From the NCBI GenBank assembly GCA_049325515.1, contig JBMOLI010000011.1, positions 89,022 through 153,021 of the forward strand: 64,000 nt of DNA, given 5' to 3'. The notes beneath the pieces are model-generated. The model worked only from the letters and a program-made list of their open reading frames with translations, was not told where the DNA came from and made no database searches. Below, in pieces: positions 46,872 to 57,400 of the stretch (positions are counted from its first letter, which is position 1; the number at the start of each line of letters is the position of its first letter). Both the position numbers and the translations under genes were made by a program. This stretch comes from Actinomycetota bacterium. Its GTDB lineage: Bacteria; Actinomycetota; Acidimicrobiia; Acidimicrobiales; VFJN01.

Positions 46872-47703
46872 TGCAGCTTCACGCGCCGCCTACGCGCTAG
46901 CCCGGGCCCGACACCGCTTCCGCAAGGGCCGATCGCCGGCAGGACCCGCCGTCGTCTTCTCGATGGCCAAGACGGGTTCCTCTGCGGTCGTCGCGGGGCT
47001 CCGCGCGGCGGGTTGGCGTGACCTCTACCACGTGCACGATCTCGATCCGGAGTTCCTCCGGGCCGAGGAGGTCCAGTATCGATGGTCCGGGCGACCGTGG
47101 CGCATCTGGGACGCTCAGCTCCTGCTCCAGCGAGGCCGCAGCCGCGACCAGCCGTGGCGCGTCATATCCCTCGTCCGTGACCCGGTGGCACAGACCGTCT
47201 CGGCGTTCTTCCAACCAGGCATGCGTCACGGCTACATACGACCCGGCGCGACGATCGGCGAGCTTCGCGACCGCTTCGGCGATCGGCTCGACCGGCTGCC
47301 CCTGGGCTGGTTCGATTCCCATCTCCTCCCGACCCTCGGGATCGATGTGTACGACTTCGACTTCGATCCCGACGTCGGCTACCGGATCATCGACACCCCG
47401 ACCGTGCGACTCCTTCTACTGCGTTGCGAGGGCCTCGAAGTGGCTCCGCGAGCGCTGATCGCGCTGCTGGAGGACGATCGCCTGATCCGGATCCCGAAGG
47501 CAAACGTCGGCGCGGACAAGGCGTACGCGCACATGTATCAGCAGTTCATCCAGTCCGTCCGCCCGACTCCTGAGCAGCTCGACCGCGCGTACAGCTCGCG
47601 CCTCGTTCAGCACTTCTACTCCCCGCGTGAGATCGACCAGTTCAGGGCGCTTTGGTCTGATGGTGCCTCAGAATCAGGCGGTTCGGCCCTCTTAGGCGAC
47701 TAG
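46861..47703 (+). CDS. Sulfotransferase-like protein
   Basis: 280 aa with FSMAKTGSSAV (5'-PSB-like) and SLVRDPVAQTVSAFF (3'-PB-like). 11-nt overlap with the wzt-type gene. Confidence 0.65.
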   Translation: MTIDAASRAAYALARARHRFRKGRSPAGPAVVFSMAKTGSSAVVAGLRAAGWRDLYHVHDLDPEFLRAEEVQYRWSGRPWRIWDAQLLLQRGRSRDQPWRVISLVRDPVAQTVSAFFQPGMRHGYIRPGATIGELRDRFGDRLDRLPLGWFDSHLLPTLGIDVYDFDFDPDVGYRIIDTPTVRLLLLRCEGLEVAPRALIALLEDDRLIRIPKANVGADKAYAHMYQQFIQSVRPTPEQLDRAYSSRLVQHFYSPREIDQFRALWSDGASESGGSALLGD

Positions 47704-47725
47704 ACGCGTCGGTAGTCTCTGACCC

Positions 47726-50700
47726 ATGCAGCTGATCGTGCTGGGCATGCATCGCTCCGGCACGTCGAGCGTCACCCGGCTTCTGAACCTCGCCGGCGCC
47801 TACTTCGGGCCGGAGGGGATCGCCACCGACCCCAACGCGGAGAACCCGAAGGGCTTCTGGGAGCGTCGAGACGTCCGCCAGGTCTGTGACGGCCTTCTCC
47901 TCGGCGGGGGGTTCGACTGGTGGCGCATCGCGGACTTCGCCCCGGACCGCATTCCCGAGGCGGCGAGAGCCGAGCAGACCGACAACTTCAACCGCATCGT
48001 GCATCAGCTCGATGCGCATCGACCGTGGGTCATGAAGGAGCCACGGCTGTGCCTGCTCATGCCGCTGCTGCGCCCGGCTCTGGAGGCGCCCGTCTTCATC
48101 CATGTGACTCGCGAGCCGCTCGAGATCGCTGAATCGCTCGCTGCTCGCAACGGGTTCAGCGTGCCGGTCGGCCTGGCTATGTGGGAGGCGTACACGCTGG
48201 GCGCGCTGGCAGCATCGTCTGATCAGCCGCGAGCTCACGTCTCGTACGGCGAGCTGATGGCCGACCCGGTCGGAGTCACGACACGCCTGGTCACGCGCCT
48301 CGAAGACCTCGGGGTGCAGGGACTCCGCGTGCCGAGCGAGCGCGAGGTCACGTCGTTCATCACACCCGACCTCCACCGTCAGCGCGAGCACAGCGAGAAC
48401 CGACGCGGCTACCTCAACGCGTCGCAGCTGCTGCTGGCGGAGATGCTCGACGAGGGCGGGCTGCCGGATGGGGCCCAGGTCCCAAGCCTGTCGGGCGGTG
48501 CGGTCGCAGCGCTTCGCGCTTTCGAACGTGCGCAGGCGGTGACGGCAGAGCTGACCGAGCTCCGGCTAGAGACCGAAGCGGAGCGCGAGCGCGCCGCTGT
48601 GGAAGCCGCGGCTGAGGCGGCGGCGCACCAACGGGCTCTCGACAAGCTCCGGAGCGAGCAGCGGGAGCGGGACAAGTCGCACGAGCAGCGCGAGCATGAG
48701 CTCCGGGCCGACGCGGCGGACGCCGCACGAGCGACGCGCGACGCGGAGCTCCAGGCGGTGGAGGCCCTCGATCTCGCAGCGCGCAAGGTTCGATCAGCAC
48801 GGCGCTCGGGAGTGGTTCGGATCGGCCGACGCCTGGCACCGATCCGGGCGCTGCTTCGAGGCGGGTCGACCGCTGGAGTGGACGACGCCCTCCAGTCGGC
48901 GCTGAAGCGGATCGACGAGGCGCGAACGGGTCTTCACGGCCATCTGGGCCTCTTGCGCCCGGAGGGCATCGACGCGTTGCCGGAGGTGATGGCTGCCGAT
49001 GAGCTCAGGCTGCACCGCGGAGCTGCGCGCGCACGCGGCGAACGAGCGAAGGTGGCGGTGCTCGCCTGGGACGTCGGACACAACCCGTTCGGGAGGGCTC
49101 ACCTCCTGGCCGACCTGCTGAGAGAGCGCTTCGACGTTGAGATCTGGGGGAGCCAGTTCGAGCGCTACGGCGCAAGCGTGTGGTCGCCACTTCGTGAGAC
49201 GACGATCCCGGTGAGGAGAGCCCCGGGAAGCAGCTTCCCGGACTATCTCGACACGATGGAGGACTTGGCGCAACGCATCGACGCCGACGCGATCTACGTC
49301 AGCAAGCCGCGCCTGCCCTCCCTCGCCGTGGGGATCCTCGCCAAGGAGCGATGGAACCGACCGCTGGTCGTCGACATCGACGACTTCGAGCCTTCGTTCT
49401 TCGGCGAGAGTGCGGGGTTGGCGGCAGACGACATCCGAGCGCTGCGCGGCAACGACGACCTCACGCTTCCCTTCGGCCGGCTGTGGACCCAGGCCTGCGA
49501 GCACGCCGTGAGATCTGCCGACCAGCTGACGGTGTCGAACCTCGAGCTCGAGGCCCACTACGGCGGCGCGATCGTGCCTCACGCCCGGGACGAAGCCCGA
49601 TTCGATCCAGCGCGATGCGACCGCGCGCTTACCCGCCAGCGGCTGGGGCTCTCCGATGCGGACCGTCTCATCCTGTTCGGGGGCACGCCACGAGCTCACA
49701 AGGGGATCCTCGACATCCTCAAGGCCTTGGACAGGCTTGGCGACCGGACCATCCGTCTCGGCGTGTTCGCATCCCGAGAGCTGGACGAGCTGCGCCGAGA
49801 GATGGGGGCGCTGGAGCGCTGGGTGCTCCCACTCCCCTCGCCTGCCTTCGACGACCTTCCGGACCTTCTGGCGGGCGCTGACCTCACCTGCGCGCTCCAG
49901 ACTCACGGCCACCCTGTGTCTCGGTTCCAGATGCCGGCCAAGGTCACCGACGCCATGGCCATGGGCGTCCCGTGCCTCGTGACACCGGTGCCCCCGCTGC
50001 AGGCACTGATCGACAAAGACGTGCTCGAGGTCTTCGACGGTGAGATCCCGCTCGAGGAGCGGATCCGAGAGGTCCTCGGCAACGTTGACGAGACGACCGA
50101 GCGGGCCATGCGCGCCCGCGAGGTCTTCCTCGAGTCATACAGCTACGCGGCCGTCAGGCCGTTGGCCGTGGCCGCGATCGAGCGTTACATGGACGACCCG
50201 CCGCCGCTCGCAAAGCCCCTCGCGGATCTGGTGACGACCACGCGCGACCTCTTCAGGCCAGGCGGGGGTGAGCTGGCTCCGAGTGTGAAGACCCCGCCGC
50301 GCGACGGTCGCAGGGCACTGCCTGCGGGAGCGATCTACGACCTCGTCGTGTTCTGGAAGCAGAACGACACAGGGATCTACGGCCGGCGGCAGGACATGAT
50401 GCTGAAGTACCTCGAGCGATCGGGGCGGTTCCACACGATCATCCACTTCGACAAGCCGATGAGCGCCAAGGGCCTGGCCGAGGTCGCTCGCCGCAGCCTG
50501 GGAAGCTCGGATCAGAACGGCCTTGTGCTGAGGCAGACGATGAGACGGCTGGCCGGCCGCGGCGACCGGGGGGCACTGAAGCAGCGGACCTTCCTCTACG
50601 GCACGGGCGGTCGATCGCGCTCGCTGGGCCTGCCCCGCCGCGATGGCTACGTGGACTACGTGCGAGCGCAGCTTCGCAAGGAGGGTGTCGGCGCCGGCCG

Positions 50701-51541
50701 GCGGCCACTGATGTGCCTGGTGTACCCGACCAACAGCTGGTTCCCTGAGATCGCAGAGGCGATCTCGCCCGATGTCGTCGTTGCAGACGTGGTGGACGAC
50801 AACCGCAGCTGGTACGCACCCGGAACCGCGGCTTATGACGACCTCAACGACAACTACGAACGAGTTCTCGCGTGGAGCGACGTGGTCCTGGCGAACTGCG
50901 AGCCGGTCGCTGAGAGCATGCGTGCGTTCACGCCGCGGGTAGAGGTCCTCCCGAACGCCTGCGAGCTCCCGATCGATGCTCGCCCACATCCTCGTCCTGC
51001 CGAGCTGAGACACCTGGGCAGCCCCATCATCGGGTACGCGGGGAACCTCTCGGATCGCATCGACCTCCACCTCCTGCGCCAGCTCATAGCTGCGAGGCCG
51101 GAGTGGAGCTTCGTGTTCCTGGGATCAACCCACCTCGATCGGTCCGCGCTGCAGCTCGCCGGCCAGCCCAACGTCACCTTCATCGGCACCCGTCGTCATG
51201 AACAGGCCCAGGAGATCATCCGACACTTCGACGTGGCACTCATCCCCCACCTCGACAACGAGATGACGAGATCGATGAACCCACTCAAGGCCTACGTCTA
51301 CTGCTCGCTCGGCGTTCCAATCGTCTCGACGCCGGTCGCGAACCTCGACGAGCTCTCGGAGTACATCTCCGTCGCAGATGGTCCTGACGAGTTTCTCGAG
51401 GCCATCGAAGCAGCTCTCAGCACTGAGCACGGGATCCCCGATCGGGAGGCACTCATCCCCCACTCGTGGGAGGCCAGGGTGTCGCGTGTCCTCGAGCTGG
51501 TCGACGCCGAGGTCACAGGGCGCCGCGATGACGAAGGCTGA
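47726..51541 (+). CDS. Multidomain sulfotransferase / coiled-coil / GT-B glycosyltransferase / GT-B glycosyltransferase fusion (1271 aa)
   Basis: - aa 1-235: LGMHRSGTSS, VMKEPR, HVTREPLEIAES (sulfotransferase).
- aa about 258-360: heptad-rich Ala/Glu/Arg helix (ELTELRLETEAERERAAVEAAAEAAAHQRALDKLRSEQRERDKSHEQREHELRA...).
- aa about 441-800 and about 860-1260: two GT4/GT1-like domains (LFGGTPRAHKG...; IGYAGNLSDRID...NPLKAYVYCSLGVPIVST). Confidence 0.75.
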   Translation: MQLIVLGMHRSGTSSVTRLLNLAGAYFGPEGIATDPNAENPKGFWERRDVRQVCDGLLLGGGFDWWRIADFAPDRIPEAARAEQTDNFNRIVHQLDAHRPWVMKEPRLCLLMPLLRPALEAPVFIHVTREPLEIAESLAARNGFSVPVGLAMWEAYTLGALAASSDQPRAHVSYGELMADPVGVTTRLVTRLEDLGVQGLRVPSEREVTSFITPDLHRQREHSENRRGYLNASQLLLAEMLDEGGLPDGAQVPSLSGGAVAALRAFERAQAVTAELTELRLETEAERERAAVEAAAEAAAHQRALDKLRSEQRERDKSHEQREHELRADAADAARATRDAELQAVEALDLAARKVRSARRSGVVRIGRRLAPIRALLRGGSTAGVDDALQSALKRIDEARTGLHGHLGLLRPEGIDALPEVMAADELRLHRGAARARGERAKVAVLAWDVGHNPFGRAHLLADLLRERFDVEIWGSQFERYGASVWSPLRETTIPVRRAPGSSFPDYLDTMEDLAQRIDADAIYVSKPRLPSLAVGILAKERWNRPLVVDIDDFEPSFFGESAGLAADDIRALRGNDDLTLPFGRLWTQACEHAVRSADQLTVSNLELEAHYGGAIVPHARDEARFDPARCDRALTRQRLGLSDADRLILFGGTPRAHKGILDILKALDRLGDRTIRLGVFASRELDELRREMGALERWVLPLPSPAFDDLPDLLAGADLTCALQTHGHPVSRFQMPAKVTDAMAMGVPCLVTPVPPLQALIDKDVLEVFDGEIPLEERIREVLGNVDETTERAMRAREVFLESYSYAAVRPLAVAAIERYMDDPPPLAKPLADLVTTTRDLFRPGGGELAPSVKTPPRDGRRALPAGAIYDLVVFWKQNDTGIYGRRQDMMLKYLERSGRFHTIIHFDKPMSAKGLAEVARRSLGSSDQNGLVLRQTMRRLAGRGDRGALKQRTFLYGTGGRSRSLGLPRRDGYVDYVRAQLRKEGVGAGRRPLMCLVYPTNSWFPEIAEAISPDVVVADVVDDNRSWYAPGTAAYDDLNDNYERVLAWSDVVLANCEPVAESMRAFTPRVEVLPNACELPIDARPHPRPAELRHLGSPIIGYAGNLSDRIDLHLLRQLIAARPEWSFVFLGSTHLDRSALQLAGQPNVTFIGTRRHEQAQEIIRHFDVALIPHLDNEMTRSMNPLKAYVYCSLGVPIVSTPVANLDELSEYISVADGPDEFLEAIEAALSTEHGIPDREALIPHSWEARVSRVLELVDAEVTGRRDDEG

Positions 51542-52289
51542 TCGGCCGGCCTCGATGGGTGAGCCCACTCGCTACTTCTTCGTCCACCTTCAGAAGACCG
51601 GCGGCACGGCACTCTTCCAGCGCCTCCGCGACTGCTTCGGGCCCGCTGCGGTCTACCCGAGACCGGACCTGGACGGCGGGGTGGAAGCCGTCACCGAGGT
51701 CGACCGCATGGTCGAGGCGTTCGCGACGCGTCGCAACGAGCTGCGCGTCATGACCGGCCACTTCCCACTCTGCGCCGTCGACGTGCTCGACGCTCCGTTC
51801 AAGACCTTCACGGTGCTCCGGGATCCGGTCGAACGAACGCTCTCCCTGCTGCGCCGGCGCAGCGTCGCCGACGAGCGCTTCAGGGATCTCGAGCTCGAGG
51901 CGATCTACGCCGACGAGTCCCTCCAACCGATCATCCGCAACCACATGGTGAAGATGCTGTCGCTCACTACGGACGAGATGACCGAGGCGCCCCTCCTCGC
52001 CACCGTGCCCTTCGACGACGCTCGCCTCGAGGTCGCGAAGGAGAACCTCGCCCAGAGGATCGATGTGTTCGGGCTCCAGGACCACTTCGAGGACTTCTGC
52101 AGTGACCTCGAAGTGAGCTTTGGCTGGGATCTTGGGTCACCGCGGTTTGCGAATCGCACTCCTCCGCGCGCCGTGAGCGACGAGCTGAGGCAGCTCATCG
52201 CAGCGGACAACAGCCTGGACGTAGAGCTCTACGCGTTTGCGACAAGAGCTCTCAGCGAGCGAACGGCCCGCCAGGTGCGCCGTGCCTGA
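51528..52289 (+). CDS. Sulfotransferase family 2-like protein
   Basis: FFVHLQKTGGTAL and TVLRDPVERTLSLL. Paralog of 53071-53868. ATG 51528 overlaps the upstream gene by 14 nt; alternative ATG at 51555. Confidence 0.75.
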   Translation: MTKADRPASMGEPTRYFFVHLQKTGGTALFQRLRDCFGPAAVYPRPDLDGGVEAVTEVDRMVEAFATRRNELRVMTGHFPLCAVDVLDAPFKTFTVLRDPVERTLSLLRRRSVADERFRDLELEAIYADESLQPIIRNHMVKMLSLTTDEMTEAPLLATVPFDDARLEVAKENLAQRIDVFGLQDHFEDFCSDLEVSFGWDLGSPRFANRTPPRAVSDELRQLIAADNSLDVELYAFATRALSERTARQVRRA

Positions 52290-52299
52290 GGGAAAGGTC

Positions 52300-53064
52300 G
52301 TGATCACCGGGACGGGTCGGGCGGGCACGACGCTGCTCGTCCAGGTGCTCGATGAGCTCGGACTCGACACAGGTCTCGCCGCGGGGAAGCTCACGCCCTA
52401 CGGACACAGCGTCCGCGCGGGCTTCGAGTGCCGCGTCGATGATCCTGACGCCCCGACCATCGTGAAAGACATGACCCTCGGGTTCAGGATGCGAGCGGTG
52501 CTCGAGAGTGGCGGCGTGCAGATCGATCACGTGATCATCCCGACCCGGAGGCTCGACATCGCTGCGGCCAGTCGCATCCGAGCGGCGAGCTACGGACGAC
52601 TTCCCTTCAAGCGCGGCGCCCTGACCGGCACGCTGCACGCCACGGGCCAGAAGAAGATCCTCGTACGGATGCGGAAGGAGATCGTCGACGCTCTCGAGGA
52701 GTTCGAAATTCCGTTCACCGAGCTCGAGTTCCCCAAGTTCGCCACTGACGCTGCCTACACGCATCAGTCGCTGGGCTTCCTCGTTCCCGGTGCCTCGCAG
52801 GACGACTTCCAGCACGCACTCGAACGCGTGGTGCGCCCTGATCTGATCCACGAAGAGCCACTGACACGGCGAGAGCGCTGGCGCACCCGTGCCACCACGC
52901 TCTGGATGGCCGCTGTCAGGTACCCGGTCGCCCGCGTGCGCCGATGGATCGATCCTGAGGGATCGAAGGAGCGGCTGCGCGCGTCCGTGGCCGCCGCACA
53001 GAAGGCCGAGGCAGCGGCAGCCGAGCGGGAGCGTCGGGGGGAGGTGCCGACCCAGGGCTCCTGA
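52300..53064 (+). CDS. P-loop protein, sulfotransferase-like (weak)
   Basis: GTG 52300 after GAGGGAAAGG gives (M)ITGTGRAGTTLLVQVL at the N-terminus. IIPTRRLDIAAAS is a possible 3'-PB motif. The C-terminal Ala/Glu/Arg helix is family-less. Confidence 0.45.
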   Translation: MITGTGRAGTTLLVQVLDELGLDTGLAAGKLTPYGHSVRAGFECRVDDPDAPTIVKDMTLGFRMRAVLESGGVQIDHVIIPTRRLDIAAASRIRAASYGRLPFKRGALTGTLHATGQKKILVRMRKEIVDALEEFEIPFTELEFPKFATDAAYTHQSLGFLVPGASQDDFQHALERVVRPDLIHEEPLTRRERWRTRATTLWMAAVRYPVARVRRWIDPEGSKERLRASVAAAQKAEAAAAERERRGEVPTQGS

Positions 53065-53070
53065 GGTCGG

Positions 53071-53868
53071 TCAGTCAGCAGTCGGCTTGCGGGGGTCGCG
53101 CTGTCGCTGGAGCTGCTGTGCGTAGGCGTAGAGCTCCAGATCGATGGCGTTGTCCTCGGCGATCCGTCGCCGCAAGGCGTCGCTGACGGGCTGGATCTCG
53201 CTCGCTGGCGTGGCGTTGGCTCGCGCGTCACGCTCCACATCCCAGCCGAACCAGGCGTGCAGGTCGTCGAGGAACTCGTCGTAGCGCTCGGTGAGGCCGA
53301 GAACGTCGATGCCAGCCAGGTTCTGCTTGGCGAGCTGCAGCCGCTCGTGATCGACGTCGATCACGTCCATGTAGCTCTGCGGATCATCCGATGGCCGCAT
53401 GGAGAAGATCTTCGTCTGGTGGTTGTGGATCAGCGGTTCGAAGACGATCGCCTGCTCATAGATCTCGTCGAGGGTGCTGGATTCGAGAGTCGGGCCTGGA
53501 GTCGGGTCGAGCCACGGGGCCTTGCGCATGAACTGCCTCAAGAGGGAGATCGTGCGCTCGATCGGGTCGCGTAGCAGCGTCACCGTCGTGAGCTTCCTGC
53601 GCAGCAGGTCGGCCGCGACCAGCGGAAAGTGACCGGTGTAGACGCGAATGCGTTCGTGGCGTTCCGGGCCGAGCCCCACGAGATATGGCACGGAGAGGTG
53701 GTGCTGCACGTCGACCTTCGGTCCGTCGAACTGGATGTCCAGCTTTCGGTACGGATAGAGCTGATCGAGCTCGTAGTTGGCGCGCAGGTTTCGGAAGAGT
53801 GTGGTGCCCCCGGTCTTCATGACGTGGACGAAGAAGATCGGCGGAGAGCTGGGGTCATGTGGCGCCAT
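53071..53868 (-). CDS. Sulfotransferase family 2-like protein
   Basis: 265 aa with IFFVHVMKTGGTTL and TLLRDPIERTISLL. Collinear with the 51528-52289 product, including the C-terminal DN(A/S)(I/L)D(L/V)ELYA(Y/F)A. Confidence 0.75.
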   Translation of the reverse strand: MAPHDPSSPPIFFVHVMKTGGTTLFRNLRANYELDQLYPYRKLDIQFDGPKVDVQHHLSVPYLVGLGPERHERIRVYTGHFPLVAADLLRRKLTTVTLLRDPIERTISLLRQFMRKAPWLDPTPGPTLESSTLDEIYEQAIVFEPLIHNHQTKIFSMRPSDDPQSYMDVIDVDHERLQLAKQNLAGIDVLGLTERYDEFLDDLHAWFGWDVERDARANATPASEIQPVSDALRRRIAEDNAIDLELYAYAQQLQRQRDPRKPTAD

Positions 53869-53903
53869 GGTGATGCGAGTATCTCAGGCCGCGCGCCGGG
53901 CGC

Positions 53904-54341
53904 TCACTCGGTGGATCCCTCGGACCGGCGCCCCGCTGCGCGGATCAGCGCTGCGACATCCGGTCGCATCCCGACGAACACGATCGTGCCCGTCTGACCG
54001 TGAACGCCCACGGCCTTCTCGGCGCGGAGCTCGAGGAGCTCTCGCCCACCGGCGGCAACGTGCTGGTCGTTCAGCTCGGCGATCCGGTCGCGCAGCGCCT
54101 TTCCCTCCAGGTCGAGCTCGTCGGCGAGGTCGCGAAGTCGAGGCGGATCGTCGGCGGACGTGGCGGTCGCGACGATTCGCAAGAGGTTGCGCGTCACTTC
54201 GTCTGCCTCGGAGAGCAGCGCGTCGATGGTCTCGGCCGTTGCCTTGGCGGGCTCCCCTTCCTCGTCGTCAGCGCGAAAGAGCACCCACCTCATCACGTCC
54301 AATACGAACTCAGCGGGAACCGGGACCAGTACGTAACCCAC
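53904..54341 (-). CDS. Small protein of unknown function, paralog 2
   Basis: 145 aa from GTG 54339-54341 (GAGAGG upstream): (M)GYVLVPVPAEFVLDVMRWV... Related to the 44766-45215 product. Confidence 0.55.
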   Translation of the reverse strand: MGYVLVPVPAEFVLDVMRWVLFRADDEEGEPAKATAETIDALLSEADEVTRNLLRIVATATSADDPPRLRDLADELDLEGKALRDRIAELNDQHVAAGGRELLELRAEKAVGVHGQTGTIVFVGMRPDVAALIRAAGRRSEGSTE

Positions 54342-54470
54342 CCGTACCTCTCATTTCGGAATAGATGGCAGAAAGCCTCGACAAACCCACACAATGCCCC
54401 TCGGCCCTTCAACCGTCGATGCCCTGGGTCGATACGCTACGTGCTTCCACTGCAAGGGGGGCTTACAGAG

Positions 54471-57400
54471 GTGTTTCCACTTTGGGAGGCCGCGATCGCG
54501 CCGGTGCTCGCCGCGACGAAGGCCAAGCGCGTCGTGGAGATCGGCGCGCTTCGTGGCGACACCACCAAGCTCATGCTCGACTTCCTCGGCCCTGAGGCCG
54601 AGCTCCACGTGATCGACCCCGCCCCGGACTTCGATCCCACGGAGCACGAGCGCACCTTCGCAGGGCGATACCACTTCCATCGCGATCTGAGCCACAACGT
54701 GCTCCCGCACCTCGAGCCGATGGACGCCGCTCTGATCGATGGCGACCACAACTGGTACACGGTGTACCACGAGCTGTCGATGCTCGCGAAGGTTGCCCGG
54801 GATGCAGGACGACCACTGCCGGTCCTCATACTCCACGACGTGTGCTGGCCCTACGGCCGGCGCGACCTCTACTACTCACCTGATCAGATCCCGGACGAGT
54901 TCCGCCAGCCGTGGGCGCGGGCCGGCATGCGCCCCGACGTCAAGGGCTTGCTGCCCAAGAGCGGGGTCAACCCGACGATGTGCAACGCCGAGATGGAGGG
55001 CGGCCCGCGCAACGGGGTGATGACCGCGCTCGATGACTTCATCGCGGAGCACGACCGACCCGTGCGCCGGCTGCTCATCCCGATCTACTTCGGCCTGGCC
55101 ATCGTCGCCGAGGAGGGAGTGCTGGCCGAGCGCCCCGACCTGGCCGCCGCGCTCGATCGCATAGAAGGCCAAGACGGCCAGCGAGAGCTTCTCGAGGTCG
55201 CCGAGGAGACTCGCATACGGGCTCTCGTGTTCCAGCACACCTCGATCCAAGCGAGTCAGCGGAAGCTCGCTCGAACGGCGAGCCGCTACCTGGAGCTGCT
55301 CAAGGGATCGCTGCTGAACGAGCACTACCTGGAGAACGAGATCCGGCTCCGGTATCTCGCTCGCTGCTTGTCCAACGACGAGGCCGTGGAGCCAGACCGA
55401 GTGCGCGATCCAGTCCGCTTCCAGCCTGACGTCTACAACAGGCTGCGGCGCCGTCGACGCGATGGGCTGACCATGCCGTTGGACGGCGCCAACGGCTTTC
55501 TGCCCTACACGGCGATGGGGCGTACCCGCCTGGACCACCTCGAGCAGTGCCTCGACTCGATCCGCGCCGACGGAGTACCGGGTGATCTCATCGAGTGCGG
55601 CACGGGCCGAGGCGGTGGAGCGATCTTCCTCCGCGGCTACCTCGCCGCGCACGAGCTGCCCGACCGCAAGGTCTGGGTCGCTGATCGTTTCCGCGCCTCG
55701 CCCGCGCCGGCGCGCGAAGCCCGCGTGGTCGACGAGTCGATGTCCGACCTTAAGGCCGACCTCAACCTCGTGCGCGACGCGTTCGAGCGCTTCGATCTCC
55801 TCGATGACCGCGTGCGCTTCCTCCAGGGACCGATCGACGACACCGTGCCGAAGGCCGCTGTCGAGCAGATCGCACTGCTTCGCATCGGGCCCGAGGGCGG
55901 CTCCGCGGCAGGCGCGGTGCTCGAGGCGCTCTATCCCAAGCTCTCGGTGGGCGGCTTCGTGGTGATCGACGAGTACGCCGACCCGTCGTGCGCGGCAGCA
56001 GTGACCGCCTTCCGCGTGGACCACGGCATCAGCGCGCCCCTCGAGCCCGTCGACTGGTCCGCAGTCGGCTGGCAGAAGACCGAGCAGGTCGACCCGGTGC
56101 CCGCACACCAATCGCTGGCCCGCTCGGCGTCACTTGGCCTTCCGCTGGCCCCGCCACCGCCGATCGACTCGATCGACCTGACCGTGGTCGTCGTCTTCTA
56201 CAACATGAAGCGAGAAGCCGAGCGGACCCTTCGGTCGCTGTCGCGGCCGTATCAGCTGGATCTCGAGGATGTCACCTACGAGGTCATCGCCGTCGAGAAC
56301 GGATCCGACGACGATCAGAAGCTCGGCGCAGACTACGTCGCGAGCTTTGGTCCCGAGTTCCGCTACCTCGACCTGGGTGACGACGCCCGACCCTCTCCCG
56401 CGCACGCGCTGAACCGCGGCATAGCAGAGGGACGTGGCAAGGCGTTTGCGCTCATGATCGACGGTGCCCATGTCCTCACCCCCAGCGTGCTGAAGTTCGG
56501 ACTCGCCGGCTTGAAGACATACGAGCCCGCAATCGTCGCTACGCAGCAGTGGTATCTGGGCCCGGGCCAGCAGGGCGAAGCCATGAGCGACGGCTACGAC
56601 CAGGCGTACGAGGATCGGCTGTTCAAGCAGATCGGCTGGCCCGAAGCCGGGTACCGCCTGTTCGAGATCGGTCACTTCGTCGGCGGCCGCGACTGGCTCG
56701 ACGGGGTGTGGGAGAGCAACTGCATGTTCGTGCCGCGCCGGCAGCTCGAGCAGGTCGGCGGGTTCGACGAGAGCTTCTCCATGCCCGGCGGAGGCTTCGC
56801 CAACCTCGAGCTCTATGAGCGGCTCGGCTCATCGCCTGACGTGACCGTTGCGACCATCATCGGCGAGGGCTCGTTCCACCAGGTGCACGGCGGCGTCACG
56901 ACCAACCAGCCGGAGGCGGACGAGCGGCGAGCACGGGTGTTCGGCTACGGGGAGCACTTTGCCGAGCTTCGCGGCAGGCGCTTCCGCGGGCCCGGCAAGC
57001 CCATCCACTACGTGGGTCGCATCGCCTCACCCGATGCGCGACGCAGCCGCCCGCGGCGCCTCACGGGTGAGATGTTCGGGCGCGGAGCAGATGCTCCGGA
57101 TCCCGACGGCCTCCCCGCCACGCCACTGCCGGTCACCGAAGACCTACGTGTGGGGTTCGTCGAGGCGGTGTGGCGGAGCCTTGCCTGGAACACCACGACC
57201 TGGCTCGGCCGTCACCTGACGAGTGCACCCACCGACCTGATCGCGTACCAGCAGCTCATCGCCAGCGTACGACCCGACTGGATCATCGAGACCGGCACCG
57301 CTGACGGCGGCCGCACCCTGTTCCTCGCATCGATCTGTGAGCTCCTGGATCACGGTCAGGTGGTGTCGATCGACAGCGGCATCTCAGAGGGCGTGCCCCT

